Source: an uncultured virus (IMG/VR IMGVR_UViG_3300025413_000017)
Lineage: Duplodnaviria > Heunggongvirae > Uroviricota > Caudoviricetes
DNA length: 64,000 nucleotides
IMG/VR virus record: IMGVR_UViG_3300025413_000017
Location: 1-64,000 of that record
Reading direction: 5' to 3' (one strand)
Made by a program: the position numbers and the translations under genes. Every line of letters starts with the position of its first letter. Position 1 is the stretch's first letter. This document shows, one piece after another, positions 39,401 to 49,082 of this stretch. The notes below the pieces were generated by a model. The model ran no database searches. It saw only the letters and a list, made by a program, of their open reading frames with translations, and was not told the origin of the DNA.

Positions 39401-39622
39401 ACGAATAGTTTGGGTAGGGTAAAGTATACCATTTTGATATACTCTTTGAGAGGCTGGGAATATACCTTTAATTAAATAACCGTAATAACGGTAAACACCA
39501 TAGGCATAATTACTACTTACTTGAGTAATTTTTATATTGATAGTAAGAGCTCTTTTACTACCGCTATCTAATACTATACCATCTTTAAGTACGGCTTTTG
39601 AGTCTCCGTATATGCTTTGCAT
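36491..39622 (-). CDS. Very basic, repetitive beta-rich protein (1043 aa) with an acidic tail
   Basis: Quasi-repeats of about 18-21 aa, [KR]x[IV]x[AV]Tx[IV]N; almost no Asp/Glu in the central ~600 aa. Confidence 0.6.
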   Translation of the reverse strand: MQSIYGDSKAVLKDGIVLDSGSKRALTINIKITQVSSNYAYGVYRYYGYLIKGIFPASQRVYQNGILYPTQTIRNLVANVFVTTSAPSKVFRLLPPTLGNTYVYITNLFNRGSNLLFPVRIQQRSVSASNISVAAPVQKTTSKVITAIQGYASSALEGIQRYIGNFQLVGEQISNSFKGGLEYYYPTIQTGLNRTVYASQIGAAGIRRLKSFFIFSQQTSGSIALEGIGRNWTLGNQISAAFKGGTAYYIVPIIYTLYKLINAVNVGAASVQKTRTAFIKVLQTSASIALDGVTRANFNLGVYITNAFNRGSAYLPSPQPPISLPKSAIASVIGAARTSKAISKNVTIVRVNTSYFIENINRVVKYTGRQISQALFGGETLFPSQRTLNRTAVASFTGTIYVKASFIKLPKLISVVQVSAQSLQYLRIKKVQALLTNTAFALRPPIVRVRLINAVQVNISRAVKLVFKGKFASVTQFNSASLIRTTFRSRNYNATQVGVGVIHYIRGRNIKAVSTNAAKSLKSISKLIRVSKTNTSYAIKVFNPVKRISVTQIRSSYFIKVHNPIRAVKVTLINTASVFKQRTDFRNITVTLFNIAKPRYSRNKMIYSTTLSSSKLRTVRTKNIYASLNNIAKVSTTRVKTVRATLINIAPPRYITRGKAVSPATSINITKNYRRKALLRFPTAVEVFYFGDFRNFQKDTGKAVILYSAKVLKSSQFFRKVSVTRINTASLLRIANRVRKAQATLVNSSRSITVRIRNIRVTQLNIPRIYKVQLKNIKVLNVNSSFLRRNQLKVIRATNISIPRITTTRSKKVRVLQTNVSRFSVVKVRRVFSAVQVNSSKVQYVRSRNIRATQVRTSINTNTKHRVRYVKALLTNTSYFMRIRHYNRKATANQVVGATVTRTHQYRRNVKVTTSYSIGTNRSVNYIRKAKATSVGSITSRKYLGKHLGIQVEAIYRMAQNIITKLNIPVISNISRKQGITTKINIPVISRASNQQLNISDQWTTPNNGESVPGDGPVIYDEGPVDYSETNDELGFDTIPEPK

Positions 39623-40689
39623 TATGATAACCTTGTTATAGTAACAGAACCGTTAACTAGAGTACCTCTATAAGTTCCATTATAAGAATTAAGGTTAATA
39701 ATAGTAGAACCATTAAAAGTACTAGTACCGGCCCAAGTACCTGTACTAGTACTTACATTAGTAGCAGAAGAAATAATATAAGAACCGCCACCGCCTCCAT
39801 TGTCGGGGCTTTGATTTTGATTACTTCCACCACCCCCAGTATAACCACCACCAGCTCCACCTCCACCAGTATTACCGTGAGTTCCACCACCACAACCAAA
39901 ACCACCATAAGCACTGGTTGCTGTATTTCCACCAGTTGCACCATTTACAAAACCACTACCAGCTCCACTATATCCGTATCCTGCTGCATTAGCTGCTGCA
40001 GTACCTGAACCATAAAATCCACCACCTCCACCACCCCAACCATTATTAGAGCCAGTACCACCGTAACCTGTACCACCGTTACCTCCCCCAATACCAGAAT
40101 TATCTGCTGAATTAGATGCAGTAAAATTCATTTGTCCCTGAGCTCCTGCAATACTATAGGCACCATTACCATCAAGACCGCCACCTCCACCGCCAGCAAT
40201 GATGAGAGGCGATGAAGTATAATTAGTTCCACTAGTTACAAAAGTCCCACCACCACCGCCACCACTTGTTGAAGATTGCCCATATTGTCCTACCAATATA
40301 GTAACAATTCCACTTTGTACTAATTGAACTGTAGCTTGAATTATTGCACCAGCACCAACAACTAAATTAGTACTAGCACCTGGAGCACCAAATGCTTTAA
40401 TTTGATATAATCCAGTTGCAGGGACTGTCCATAACTGATAACCATTTTGAGTCATATTAAAAAAAGCAGTATTGCTTGCCCAACTTGTACTTGCATTAGA
40501 AGTTAAACCACTAAGTGCTTGAGAAAGATTAGGTCCATTTTGACCTGTAGCTGTTCCTGCAGTAAAAGTAAGTGTAGTATTAATATTAAATGGATATAAT
40601 GGAGGTATACTGTTTGTATTAAGATTATTACCATCAGCAAAACCAAAATCTCTAGCAGAGTCTTCTCCAAAAGTTTGAAGTAGAGGCAT
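39622..40689 (-). CDS. Glycine-rich domain fibre tip protein (type B)
   Basis: MPLLQTFGEDSARDFG leader, GYQLWTVPATG.Y.I.A.GA.G, GGGGGTFV and GSVTITRL. Confidence 0.7.
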   Translation of the reverse strand: MPLLQTFGEDSARDFGFADGNNLNTNSIPPLYPFNINTTLTFTAGTATGQNGPNLSQALSGLTSNASTSWASNTAFFNMTQNGYQLWTVPATGLYQIKAFGAPGASTNLVVGAGAIIQATVQLVQSGIVTILVGQYGQSSTSGGGGGGTFVTSGTNYTSSPLIIAGGGGGGLDGNGAYSIAGAQGQMNFTASNSADNSGIGGGNGGTGYGGTGSNNGWGGGGGGFYGSGTAAANAAGYGYSGAGSGFVNGATGGNTATSAYGGFGCGGGTHGNTGGGGAGGGYTGGGGSNQNQSPDNGGGGGSYIISSATNVSTSTGTWAGTSTFNGSTIINLNSYNGTYRGTLVNGSVTITRLS

Positions 40690-41693
40690 TATGCTATCCT
40701 TGTAATAGTTGCATAACCATTTGGTTGATTATAAACACCTAAATCTGTTATAGTAGCAATTCCGTAACTTCCACCTGCACCACCACTTCCAATACCCTGT
40801 GTACCATTATAAGAACCACCACCGCCACCACCTGAAAAACCACCTCCACCGCCACCACCAGCTGCAGCTGAATTACCATTTGCTGCTCCACCACCACAAC
40901 CAAAACCGCCTACACCACCACCAGTTCCACCTGAGTTACCACCTGTATAAGTTGATGTAGGGGTACCAAACCCTCCACCACCAGCAGACTGAGAGTCCCC
41001 TGTAAGTGTTGCATTTCCACCCTGTCCTTGACCACCATTTTGAACACCGGTACCAAATGAACCGTTAGTGCCTCCAACACCTGCAGATTGACCTGTACCA
41101 TTCCCACCACTAGTACCAATTAATCCATCATTACCAGGAGTTACAGTCCATTGATTAGAACCTCCGGCTCCACCAGCAATAAAAAGAGGAACATTTGTAT
41201 TTTTATAATATACAAAAGTCCCGCCACCTCCACCCAGGTTCCAACCACCGCTACCTACTCCACCTGCTTGACCAATAACAATTCTAATAATATCACCAGA
41301 AATTAAATTATAAGTCCCTGTTAGAGTTCTTCCATACCCTCTATAAACATTTCCTGACCCTGACATCCTACTACCCGTACCTTGCCCACCAGCCCCACCA
41401 GCTAATTGAAATTGATATGTACCAGTGATTGGTACAGTCCATTCTTGGACTCCATTTATAACCATATTAAAAAAAGCAGTATTACTAGACCAACTTGTAC
41501 TTTGATTAGAGCTTAAACCTGCAATTGCTTGAGATAAATTAGGCCCAGACTTTCCAGTTATTCCCCCTGAAGTAAAAGTTATATAAGAACTTATTGGGAA
41601 TGTATAAAGTGAAGGTAATGCAATACCTATATTACCATCAGCAAAACCAAAATCTCTAGCAGAATCCTCTCCAAAGGTCTGAAGCATTGGCAT
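40689..41693 (-). CDS. Glycine-rich domain fibre tip protein (type B)
   Basis: Paralog of 39622..40689 with a near-identical N-terminus. Confidence 0.7.
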   Translation of the reverse strand: MPMLQTFGEDSARDFGFADGNIGIALPSLYTFPISSYITFTSGGITGKSGPNLSQAIAGLSSNQSTSWSSNTAFFNMVINGVQEWTVPITGTYQFQLAGGAGGQGTGSRMSGSGNVYRGYGRTLTGTYNLISGDIIRIVIGQAGGVGSGGWNLGGGGGTFVYYKNTNVPLFIAGGAGGSNQWTVTPGNDGLIGTSGGNGTGQSAGVGGTNGSFGTGVQNGGQGQGGNATLTGDSQSAGGGGFGTPTSTYTGGNSGGTGGGVGGFGCGGGAANGNSAAAGGGGGGGFSGGGGGGSYNGTQGIGSGGAGGSYGIATITDLGVYNQPNGYATITRIA

Positions 41694-41695
41694 GG

Positions 41696-43237
41696 TTAGA
41701 ACTTTGTTTGACTTGCGAGTACCGTATAGGTTGGAGTGGCTGCTGTTTTAATAACAGTAAATGTATAGGCATCAATACCATTAACATTACCTGAAGCTGG
41801 GCAAGTGCCACCTTGCCAATATGTAGCAAAATTAGATGAATTACCATCAATTTGAATTGCAGTATTAGCACCACTAACTGTCATGTAAGCCGGACTACCT
41901 TGAGTTGTTAAAGCAGTAAAAGTGATACTTTGACCAACACCCAATGTACTACTAATTGTACCAGAGGTTGTTAGGTTAAAAGTAAAATTATTTGTTGCAT
42001 TAACAGTGTAATAGTTAATGGTACCAGTAGTACCAGAGAAAGTAACTGTTCCATTCAATGCGGGTGAAGAAACAATGTTTACAGTTTCTTTAGCACTAGT
42101 AAAAGTTGGGTTAATAAAAGTGGTATTATTACTTGTTACACCATTTGCAGTACCACTGTTAAGTACAACATTATTTAGGGTTGCATAACCAAAAGTTTGA
42201 CCACTAGCAAGTGCTGTAGGAGTTAAGAATTGTACCCATGGACAAGGACTTACACCAATAGTTGCACTTGGGTTCATTTGACATTGCCAGGTTGTACCAT
42301 AATAGATATTTCCTTGACCCACTTGAATAAGACTAGCTACTAGTTTTGAAGTTGTGTCAACATCATTGTCTCTAACAAGTACAGGTGAAACAGCACCGGC
42401 ACTACTTGTATTTACATATACACCATTGTATGCAGAATTAGTTTGTCCTGTAAGTAGTATTCTATCTCCTGGTTGAATGACATAACCATCAACTGAGAAA
42501 GTAGAACCATAACCAGATGAAACTGTAAAAGTATCAACACTTAGTGGGTAGTCATTTGTGGTATTACCATTAGGTGTATAGAGACCTGAAATATTAGTAA
42601 CTGCTACTGCTTGTACTGTTTGGTGAATATTATAATTGACCCATTCTGGGCCACCATTAGCAATATTACCATAACTCATAAGTAGTGCACCAGCAGCACC
42701 GGTTGCACCACCACCATTGTTTGATGTATCTGACCATGCACCAGTTGCACTTCCAAAAGGAACTGCTCCTGGAGTCAAACCACTAATAAGTCCTGGTTGA
42801 ACTGCTTGTGGTTTAATACCACTACCAGTTGAAAAGAATGCCTGGCCACTTGAAGTTGCAACTTGGCCTAGTGTTTGACTAACAACATTATTTGCTTCGA
42901 AAAGGTCAACACCTGTCATTACAAAAGCAGTAATTGAACCACTAACGTGTGCTACAGCACTTGTGTTATCTTGAGCTCTAGTAATACCACTAATTACAAC
43001 TGGGCTAGCAATTCCTAAACTCCAGTTATAAGCTCCACTAGGAACAAATATTTTTTCTTCAAGTGCTGTACCGTAATCAAGTGCTAAAAAGAACCCACCA
43101 TTAACACCAAGTGGATACCAACCACTAGAAGTATTTACAATTGCTATTTGAGTACCGGTAATACTAACAGCCGCTGCTAATGCAGCAGTTGGGGCACCAC
43201 CAGTATAACTGTTGAGAGAGTAGGGCGCTCTTGCCAT
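41696..43237 (-). CDS. Fibre anchor protein (type A)
   Basis: MAR.PYSLNSYTGGA N-domain, GDRILL..Q....NGVY domain, and C-terminal WQGG..P..GN.NGIDAYTF..IKT....YTVLASQTKF. Confidence 0.7.
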   Translation of the reverse strand: MARAPYSLNSYTGGAPTAALAAAVSITGTQIAIVNTSSGWYPLGVNGGFFLALDYGTALEEKIFVPSGAYNWSLGIASPVVISGITRAQDNTSAVAHVSGSITAFVMTGVDLFEANNVVSQTLGQVATSSGQAFFSTGSGIKPQAVQPGLISGLTPGAVPFGSATGAWSDTSNNGGGATGAAGALLMSYGNIANGGPEWVNYNIHQTVQAVAVTNISGLYTPNGNTTNDYPLSVDTFTVSSGYGSTFSVDGYVIQPGDRILLTGQTNSAYNGVYVNTSSAGAVSPVLVRDNDVDTTSKLVASLIQVGQGNIYYGTTWQCQMNPSATIGVSPCPWVQFLTPTALASGQTFGYATLNNVVLNSGTANGVTSNNTTFINPTFTSAKETVNIVSSPALNGTVTFSGTTGTINYYTVNATNNFTFNLTTSGTISSTLGVGQSITFTALTTQGSPAYMTVSGANTAIQIDGNSSNFATYWQGGTCPASGNVNGIDAYTFTVIKTAATPTYTVLASQTKF

Positions 43238-43248
43238 TTATGTTTTCC

Positions 43249-46200
43249 TTAGGCCTGTGCTTCATTCCAAGAAATACGTCCAAGTAGTGAAACTGGGAAA
43301 CCATTTGCATTTGTAGCAATTAGTGTTAGTGTGTCAGGACCGTCTGGGTAAATACCAGTTGCTGGAGTTAAACTACCTCCACCAAGGATTGAATTACCTA
43401 GATCTCGAACCTTAGAAACATCAACTTCTTGTGTAGTGTCTACGAAGAATCCACCAGTAACTTCACCACCAAAAATACCAACTCCAGAAACTACTGTTGA
43501 ATAGTCAGCAATTTGACTCAATGATGAGTTAGGTACTGCTTGCCCACCAACAGCATTGGTCCAGATTGGGATAGAACCACCATTAAGTAGGTATGGAGTT
43601 GAATTAAGGTAAGCACGAATTAGTACGTTACCGGCACCTACGTTTTGAGGGTTACCAGATGCTGTTACAGCTACGTCTAGTGTTTGAAGTTGCAACTGAA
43701 CACGGTTTACAAGTTCACGAGCACCAATTTGTGAGTTAATCAAACCTTGGTCAACACTTGGTGCAATTCTAATTGCTAATAGTGCTTTTGTTTGACCACT
43801 TAATAGTGTTGTTGGGTTTAACTGTCCATAGGTAAACAAGAGTGAAGGGTCAATTGTAAATCCACCATCCATAATAACAGCAGTACCCCAGTGAGAAACA
43901 TAAGGTGAGTGTGATGGATAAGCAAGTTCTACAATAGTTGGGTTAACTGCACTCCATGCAAAGTTTTGTGCTGTATTACCCATTGGAGGCAATACAAGAG
44001 TTGGGTTATTAATATAGGCAGCATTACTAAATGAAATACTTGAGTTATAGTTAAACCCAGTTACAAATGTATTGTCTGGGAAACCACTACTTACAGCAAC
44101 TCTTTGACCAATTTGAACACCAGCTGTACTTGCAACCTGAGCTGTGGTTGAACCAGAACTCATTGTAGTTGCAATACTTGTGTTACCTGCCTGTCCACGG
44201 GTTAGGCCTTGGAAACCACCACTTGTAACTGAAGTATAGTTAACATACTCATAAGTAGTGTTATTACGAATACAAAGTGTACCCTGTGGTGGGAACAAAC
44301 CACTACCAACAGTATTAAGGGTACTTGTAGTAATAATTTGTGTATCTGTAGCCTGAATACCTGAACCAGAAGCAAGATAAACTGTAGGAACAACACTAAC
44401 ATTTTCATAACGGCCAGGTAAGTTACCGGAACGCATATATGCTGTAGTGTTAATGTTGTTGTTAGCTAATTTGTGGGCATAGACAATACGACCATCGGTG
44501 GTTCTTACACCCCAACGAACAGTACCAGCACCATACCATGCATAGTCAATAAACCACATTTGCATTTTACCAGCATCAATGTTATAACCACTAGGACCTG
44601 TACCATCAAGGCGGTCAACATTAAATGCACCTTGAGGGATTCTAGTTTCAACAGTTGAAGTCATTGTCATGTAGGTATTTGTTACACCACGGTAAGGAGG
44701 TGAAATGTTAATACTTGTATCACTGTTAATATCAGTTACACGATAACTAATACCACGAATAACTACATACTGACCAACAATTAATTGTTCTGAAAATGTG
44801 GTTGGCCAGTTAGAGTCTGTTTGAGTTACAGTTGAACTACCGTTAGTGGCACTTACACGTCCACCGACTTGCTTGATTGAACTTCTTAGAACAGCGTATA
44901 GTGATTGTCCATCAAATTCCCAGAATGGACCGTCTTGTTGATTAAACAAACCAATTCTAGTTGATGCACCGTACCAACTGTTAACCTGTACTGAGTAAGG
45001 CCCAATTGAGTCAACAGCAGGTGTGCTGAATGGAATACCACTAGCAATGTAAGTAAACTGTGTTGGGTTAAGTACATTGTTTACGCTATAAGTACCATTG
45101 TAACCAGAAGTAACTACACCGGTAATAAGAACTGTTACACCTGGAGTAAGGTTGTGTGGTTCACGAGTTTGTACAACTACTGTTCTGTTATTTGCAACAC
45201 CACCAGAAACTGAAAGGTAGTCAACTGTGTAAGCAGTCTTCATAATAGTACCGGTTGCCATTGAAAGGGCTTTACCTGACTGGTAGTGAAAGTTTCTTCT
45301 AGTTTGTCTAGTTGCAGACTGTTGATTACTTAATGAATTGTTTCCAAAAAGAACTCCACCATCAAAAGGTCTTTGTTCAAACAAAGACTGGTTACGAGGG
45401 AAGATTACTGCTGTTGAAGAGTTAAGAGAACTTGGTATACCTGCCTTTGCAGCGTAAGTAAATACTGTAGGTGAGTAAATACCAGTTACATAGAAATTAC
45501 CATTTGGTGGGTTAACACCGGTAATACCAGAAACTGCAATCTCATTACCAAGACTCAAACCGTGAGGTGTTGAGGTAGTAACTGTCATAATATAATTATT
45601 AGGACTTATAGTAAATGAGTTACTCAACTGGGCACCAGTGTAATAACTTTGGTTCCAAATATCTGTTTTGTTAGGGTCAAAAATATTGGTAATACTTGAT
45701 CCACCGGTATTAATACTCTTTGCAGAGTAAGTGTAACTAGATGCTGTTGGAATACTTTCAATTACATAGTTACCATTTGCATACTGAAGGAGTGCATCTT
45801 GAACTTGGATTGGGTTACCAACTGAAAGTCCGTGAGCACCAGAGAAAGAAACTGTAACCTGGTTAGAACCCTGAGGCATAGTAATACTTGAAACAGTAGT
45901 ATAAGTAGCAGGTGGATAGTTGTTGTAACTTGCTGGGTGCCAGTTAGTAAGACCAATCTGTTCCCACTTTGAAACCTGGTTACCATACTCAAAGTCGGTG
46001 TCAATCATTGACTGTGGTGTACTTACACGAAGTTTTTGAACACCGTCAAGCATTGATTCTTCTGGGTAAAACTTTTCATTGTATTCATCAATAACAATAG
46101 AAAGCTTGTCAGTTGCAAGCATTGTAGTAGTATTGTAGTTAAGTACAATAGTTGTGCTACCTGTTGCACCAGCCACACTTGAAGTATAACTTGTAATGTT

Positions 46201-46353
46201 ACGACTTGGGTCCGAGAAGTTAAAAATTACCTGGTCACGGGTGACATTGGTAATAAGAACAAGTTTTTCCTGAGGAAGATACTGAGGGATGGTGATTGTT
46301 CTTGTTGCTGGGTTAAATACGTAATATGGATTGTCTATAACCTTACGTGCCAT
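43249..46353 (-). CDS. Large virion structural / adhesin protein with repeated HGL..G beta-domains
   Basis: Three H[GN]L..G..[IV]...G.....NG..[YV] repeats; KLRVSTPQS.IDTDFEYG and WYGAG motifs resemble aquatic phage virion proteins. Confidence 0.65.
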   Translation of the reverse strand: MARKVIDNPYYVFNPATRTITIPQYLPQEKLVLITNVTRDQVIFNFSDPSRNITSYTSSVAGATGSTTIVLNYNTTTMLATDKLSIVIDEYNEKFYPEESMLDGVQKLRVSTPQSMIDTDFEYGNQVSKWEQIGLTNWHPASYNNYPPATYTTVSSITMPQGSNQVTVSFSGAHGLSVGNPIQVQDALLQYANGNYVIESIPTASSYTYSAKSINTGGSSITNIFDPNKTDIWNQSYYTGAQLSNSFTISPNNYIMTVTTSTPHGLSLGNEIAVSGITGVNPPNGNFYVTGIYSPTVFTYAAKAGIPSSLNSSTAVIFPRNQSLFEQRPFDGGVLFGNNSLSNQQSATRQTRRNFHYQSGKALSMATGTIMKTAYTVDYLSVSGGVANNRTVVVQTREPHNLTPGVTVLITGVVTSGYNGTYSVNNVLNPTQFTYIASGIPFSTPAVDSIGPYSVQVNSWYGASTRIGLFNQQDGPFWEFDGQSLYAVLRSSIKQVGGRVSATNGSSTVTQTDSNWPTTFSEQLIVGQYVVIRGISYRVTDINSDTSINISPPYRGVTNTYMTMTSTVETRIPQGAFNVDRLDGTGPSGYNIDAGKMQMWFIDYAWYGAGTVRWGVRTTDGRIVYAHKLANNNINTTAYMRSGNLPGRYENVSVVPTVYLASGSGIQATDTQIITTSTLNTVGSGLFPPQGTLCIRNNTTYEYVNYTSVTSGGFQGLTRGQAGNTSIATTMSSGSTTAQVASTAGVQIGQRVAVSSGFPDNTFVTGFNYNSSISFSNAAYINNPTLVLPPMGNTAQNFAWSAVNPTIVELAYPSHSPYVSHWGTAVIMDGGFTIDPSLLFTYGQLNPTTLLSGQTKALLAIRIAPSVDQGLINSQIGARELVNRVQLQLQTLDVAVTASGNPQNVGAGNVLIRAYLNSTPYLLNGGSIPIWTNAVGGQAVPNSSLSQIADYSTVVSGVGIFGGEVTGGFFVDTTQEVDVSKVRDLGNSILGGGSLTPATGIYPDGPDTLTLIATNANGFPVSLLGRISWNEAQA

Positions 46354-46364
46354 TGTTTATACTC

Positions 46365-47162
46365 CTAATATCCTAACATTACATCCGTTGGTTGAAACGG
46401 ATAAATTGTTTGACTGTTGTTAAGTGGTGGTGCAGGCATATAATTGCCTTGAAAAGATTGGTTAACTGGTGTTTGTGCGGTCGTTGTTGTAGGTACTTCT
46501 TGAAAAAATATGTTTCCGTTATAATCTACCTGGAATCCAGCCTGTGGTACATACGATAACCATACCCATTCTGGTTGATTCCATTTTTGTGGGACACCGC
46601 TTAAGTATAGTTCAAGTGAAAGCGGATTTGTGAAACTTATTGGAACACCTTGATAAGTAGCTTTAAAGTTTGTATTTGCACCATCAAAAAGAACTGATAT
46701 ATCATCTAGGGGAACTATATCTTGAAATACAAAGTTAGCAAAACCAATGCCTGTACCATTTAGTGCAAGTGCTTGACCACTAGTTGCGGTAGTTACTTGA
46801 CCAAGTGTTTGTGCTACTAAGTTATTTGCTTCTTGTAAATCTACAGCAGTTAATGTTGGGGCAACTGTTGCACCCAAAATGTGTTGCTGAGCTGTGGTAC
46901 CATCAACTCCACGGCTTACACCACTTACAGTAACAGTACCACTAGAATAATTATAGTTACCGGCTGGAACATATACTTTTTCTTCGTATATATTTCCAAA
47001 GTCAAGAACTAGGTAATAACCACCACCTGAACCTAGAGTTGCCCAAGAAATTCCAACATTATTTAGTGTAAAAGTTGTATCACTATTAAGTATGTTATTG
47101 CCAAGTGTGGCAAGCGTTGCTCCACCAACATAAGTATTTTGTGAATAGGCAGTACGTGGCAT
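46365..47162 (-). CDS. Fibre anchor protein (type A N-domain, alternative C-domain)
   Basis: MPRTAYSQNTYVGGA N-domain; C-terminal LDDIS..FDG....F ... YPF...D.MLGY. Confidence 0.65.
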   Translation of the reverse strand: MPRTAYSQNTYVGGATLATLGNNILNSDTTFTLNNVGISWATLGSGGGYYLVLDFGNIYEEKVYVPAGNYNYSSGTVTVSGVSRGVDGTTAQQHILGATVAPTLTAVDLQEANNLVAQTLGQVTTATSGQALALNGTGIGFANFVFQDIVPLDDISVLFDGANTNFKATYQGVPISFTNPLSLELYLSGVPQKWNQPEWVWLSYVPQAGFQVDYNGNIFFQEVPTTTTAQTPVNQSFQGNYMPAPPLNNSQTIYPFQPTDVMLGY

Positions 47163-47213
47163 AAGATATCTTAATTACTAAGGTTTTTTAAAAGGAGTTT
47201 TACAAGGTGCATA

Positions 47214-48152
47214 TTAAGAAAGTCTAGTTATAGTACAGTAACCATTTTGGCCAGCGCCATTTGATCCAAGTGTATTTGTTTGATTAGTTCCAGTATTATA
47301 AGAACTACCACCAACACCATTCCAAGACCACTGGGTTGAGTTTCCACCTGTCCATCCGCCTCCACCACCAGCACCGTTGGTTTGACCACCACCACCTCCA
47401 CCACCAAAGCCACCATATGCTGAGTAACTTGGGTCAGTTAATCCTTGTTGAAATCCTTGACCATACCAGTTTCCTTGACCATTACCATAAAACCCACCTC
47501 CACCACCTGGATTACCATTGGTACCAGTATTACGTCCACCATAACCATCTGAGTAGCCACCATAACCATTAGCATTTGTTAAAGTAGTTTGAGAAGAAGA
47601 AGCATTAATGCTTCCACCACTAGCTGAGTTACCTCCTGCACCACCAGCAATAATTAAAGGGATAGCAGTAGTAGCAACAGAACCTGAAGCAACAAAAGTT
47701 CCTCCACCTCCACCAGCATCATAACCGTTATTTGCACCACTTTGACCTATTGTTATTGTTAACTTGGAACCTTGGGTAAGTGCAAAAGTTCCTGTTATAT
47801 TGGCAGGTTGACCACCAGCAGGACCATAATAAATAGAAGAACCACCAGTAGCTCCATAACACTGTATCTGGTAAGTACCAGTTATAGGCACAGACCAAAC
47901 TTGATAACCAGTGTAAGTACCAGTATTAAAAAATGATGTATTGATATTCCAAGAAAGGGAGGCATTAGAGGTCATTCCAGCTATCATTTGTGATAATGAA
48001 GGTCCGGTAGGGCCTGTCTGACCGCCTGTATTAAATGTTACATAAGTACCAACATTAAAAGTATATAAAGGTGGTATAGTTGGTGGAGTACCAAATGTAC
48101 CTGCACCATCTCCACGACTGGCTGCATTTGAAAAACTATCAAATAATGGCAT
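47214..48152 (-). CDS. Glycine-rich domain fibre tip protein (type B)
   Basis: MPLFDSFSNAASRG leader, GYQVWSVP.TG.Y.I, and GGGGGTFV. Confidence 0.7.
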   Translation of the reverse strand: MPLFDSFSNAASRGDGAGTFGTPPTIPPLYTFNVGTYVTFNTGGQTGPTGPSLSQMIAGMTSNASLSWNINTSFFNTGTYTGYQVWSVPITGTYQIQCYGATGGSSIYYGPAGGQPANITGTFALTQGSKLTITIGQSGANNGYDAGGGGGTFVASGSVATTAIPLIIAGGAGGNSASGGSINASSSQTTLTNANGYGGYSDGYGGRNTGTNGNPGGGGGFYGNGQGNWYGQGFQQGLTDPSYSAYGGFGGGGGGGQTNGAGGGGGWTGGNSTQWSWNGVGGSSYNTGTNQTNTLGSNGAGQNGYCTITRLS

Positions 48153-48153
48153 T

Positions 48154-49035
48154 TTAGTATCTAGTCTGGCTTGCTAGTGTTATATAGGTTGGAGTTGCAG
48201 AAGTTTTAATAATATTAAAAGTATAAGCGTCAATACCATTACCAAATCCAGAAACTGGAGCTGTACCACCATACCAGTACATATTAATTGGTCCACCACT
48301 ATATACCTGTACTACACCATCGATTTGAAAACCTGAAGAAACCAAGTAATAACCCGTAGCACCGTTTGTTACTAAAAGACTTGCTGTAATACTCTGCCCA
48401 ACTGCCAAAAGACTATTAAGTGTACCACTAGCAGTTAAATTTATAGAGAATTGAGAAGTTGTAGCTCCATTATATAGATATGTACTTCCTGAACTAACGT
48501 TTAAAGTCATCAATCCACCAACAGCGTTACTACTTACATATGTTGTTTCCATTGTTCCGTTAAGGACAGGATTAGTAAGGAGAGATTTTGGAGTAGAAAG
48601 AAGGTTAGGAGTAAAGGAAACACCAGAACCAGTTGAAGTCAAGATTTGACCACTAGTTGCAGTTGTTAAGTTACCAAGTACACTATTTACCAACTGGTTG
48701 GCTTCTGAAGTTTCAATTGCAGTAAGGACTGGTACAACACTAAGTCCTGCAACTTGAAGGTAAGATGTAGTGTTGTCATAACCACGAGTAATTCCACTAA
48801 GGGTTACCCCACCACTTGTCCAAGGGTAGTTACCACTAGGAACAAAGATCTTTTCTTCATTTACTCCACCATAGTTAATAGCAAGGTTAAATCCACCGGC
48901 ACCACCCAAGCCACTCCAGGTGGTATTTGTTCCTGTTATAGTAATTACTGTACCAGTTGCTGTAACACTATAAAAGAGGGTAGCCGGTATGGCTCCTCCT
49001 GTATATGAGTTTACGCTATAGGGTATTCTTGGCAT
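48154..49035 (-). CDS. Fibre anchor protein (type A, minimal form)
   Basis: MPRIPYSVNSYTGGA N-domain plus GIDAYTFNIIKT..TY.TLASQTRY C-domain. Confidence 0.7.
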   Translation of the reverse strand: MPRIPYSVNSYTGGAIPATLFYSVTATGTVITITGTNTTWSGLGGAGGFNLAINYGGVNEEKIFVPSGNYPWTSGGVTLSGITRGYDNTTSYLQVAGLSVVPVLTAIETSEANQLVNSVLGNLTTATSGQILTSTGSGVSFTPNLLSTPKSLLTNPVLNGTMETTYVSSNAVGGLMTLNVSSGSTYLYNGATTSQFSINLTASGTLNSLLAVGQSITASLLVTNGATGYYLVSSGFQIDGVVQVYSGGPINMYWYGGTAPVSGFGNGIDAYTFNIIKTSATPTYITLASQTRY

Positions 49036-49082
49036 TTTATGTCCTTACATATCTTAATATGTTCTAGAGTGTTTTTTACAAG

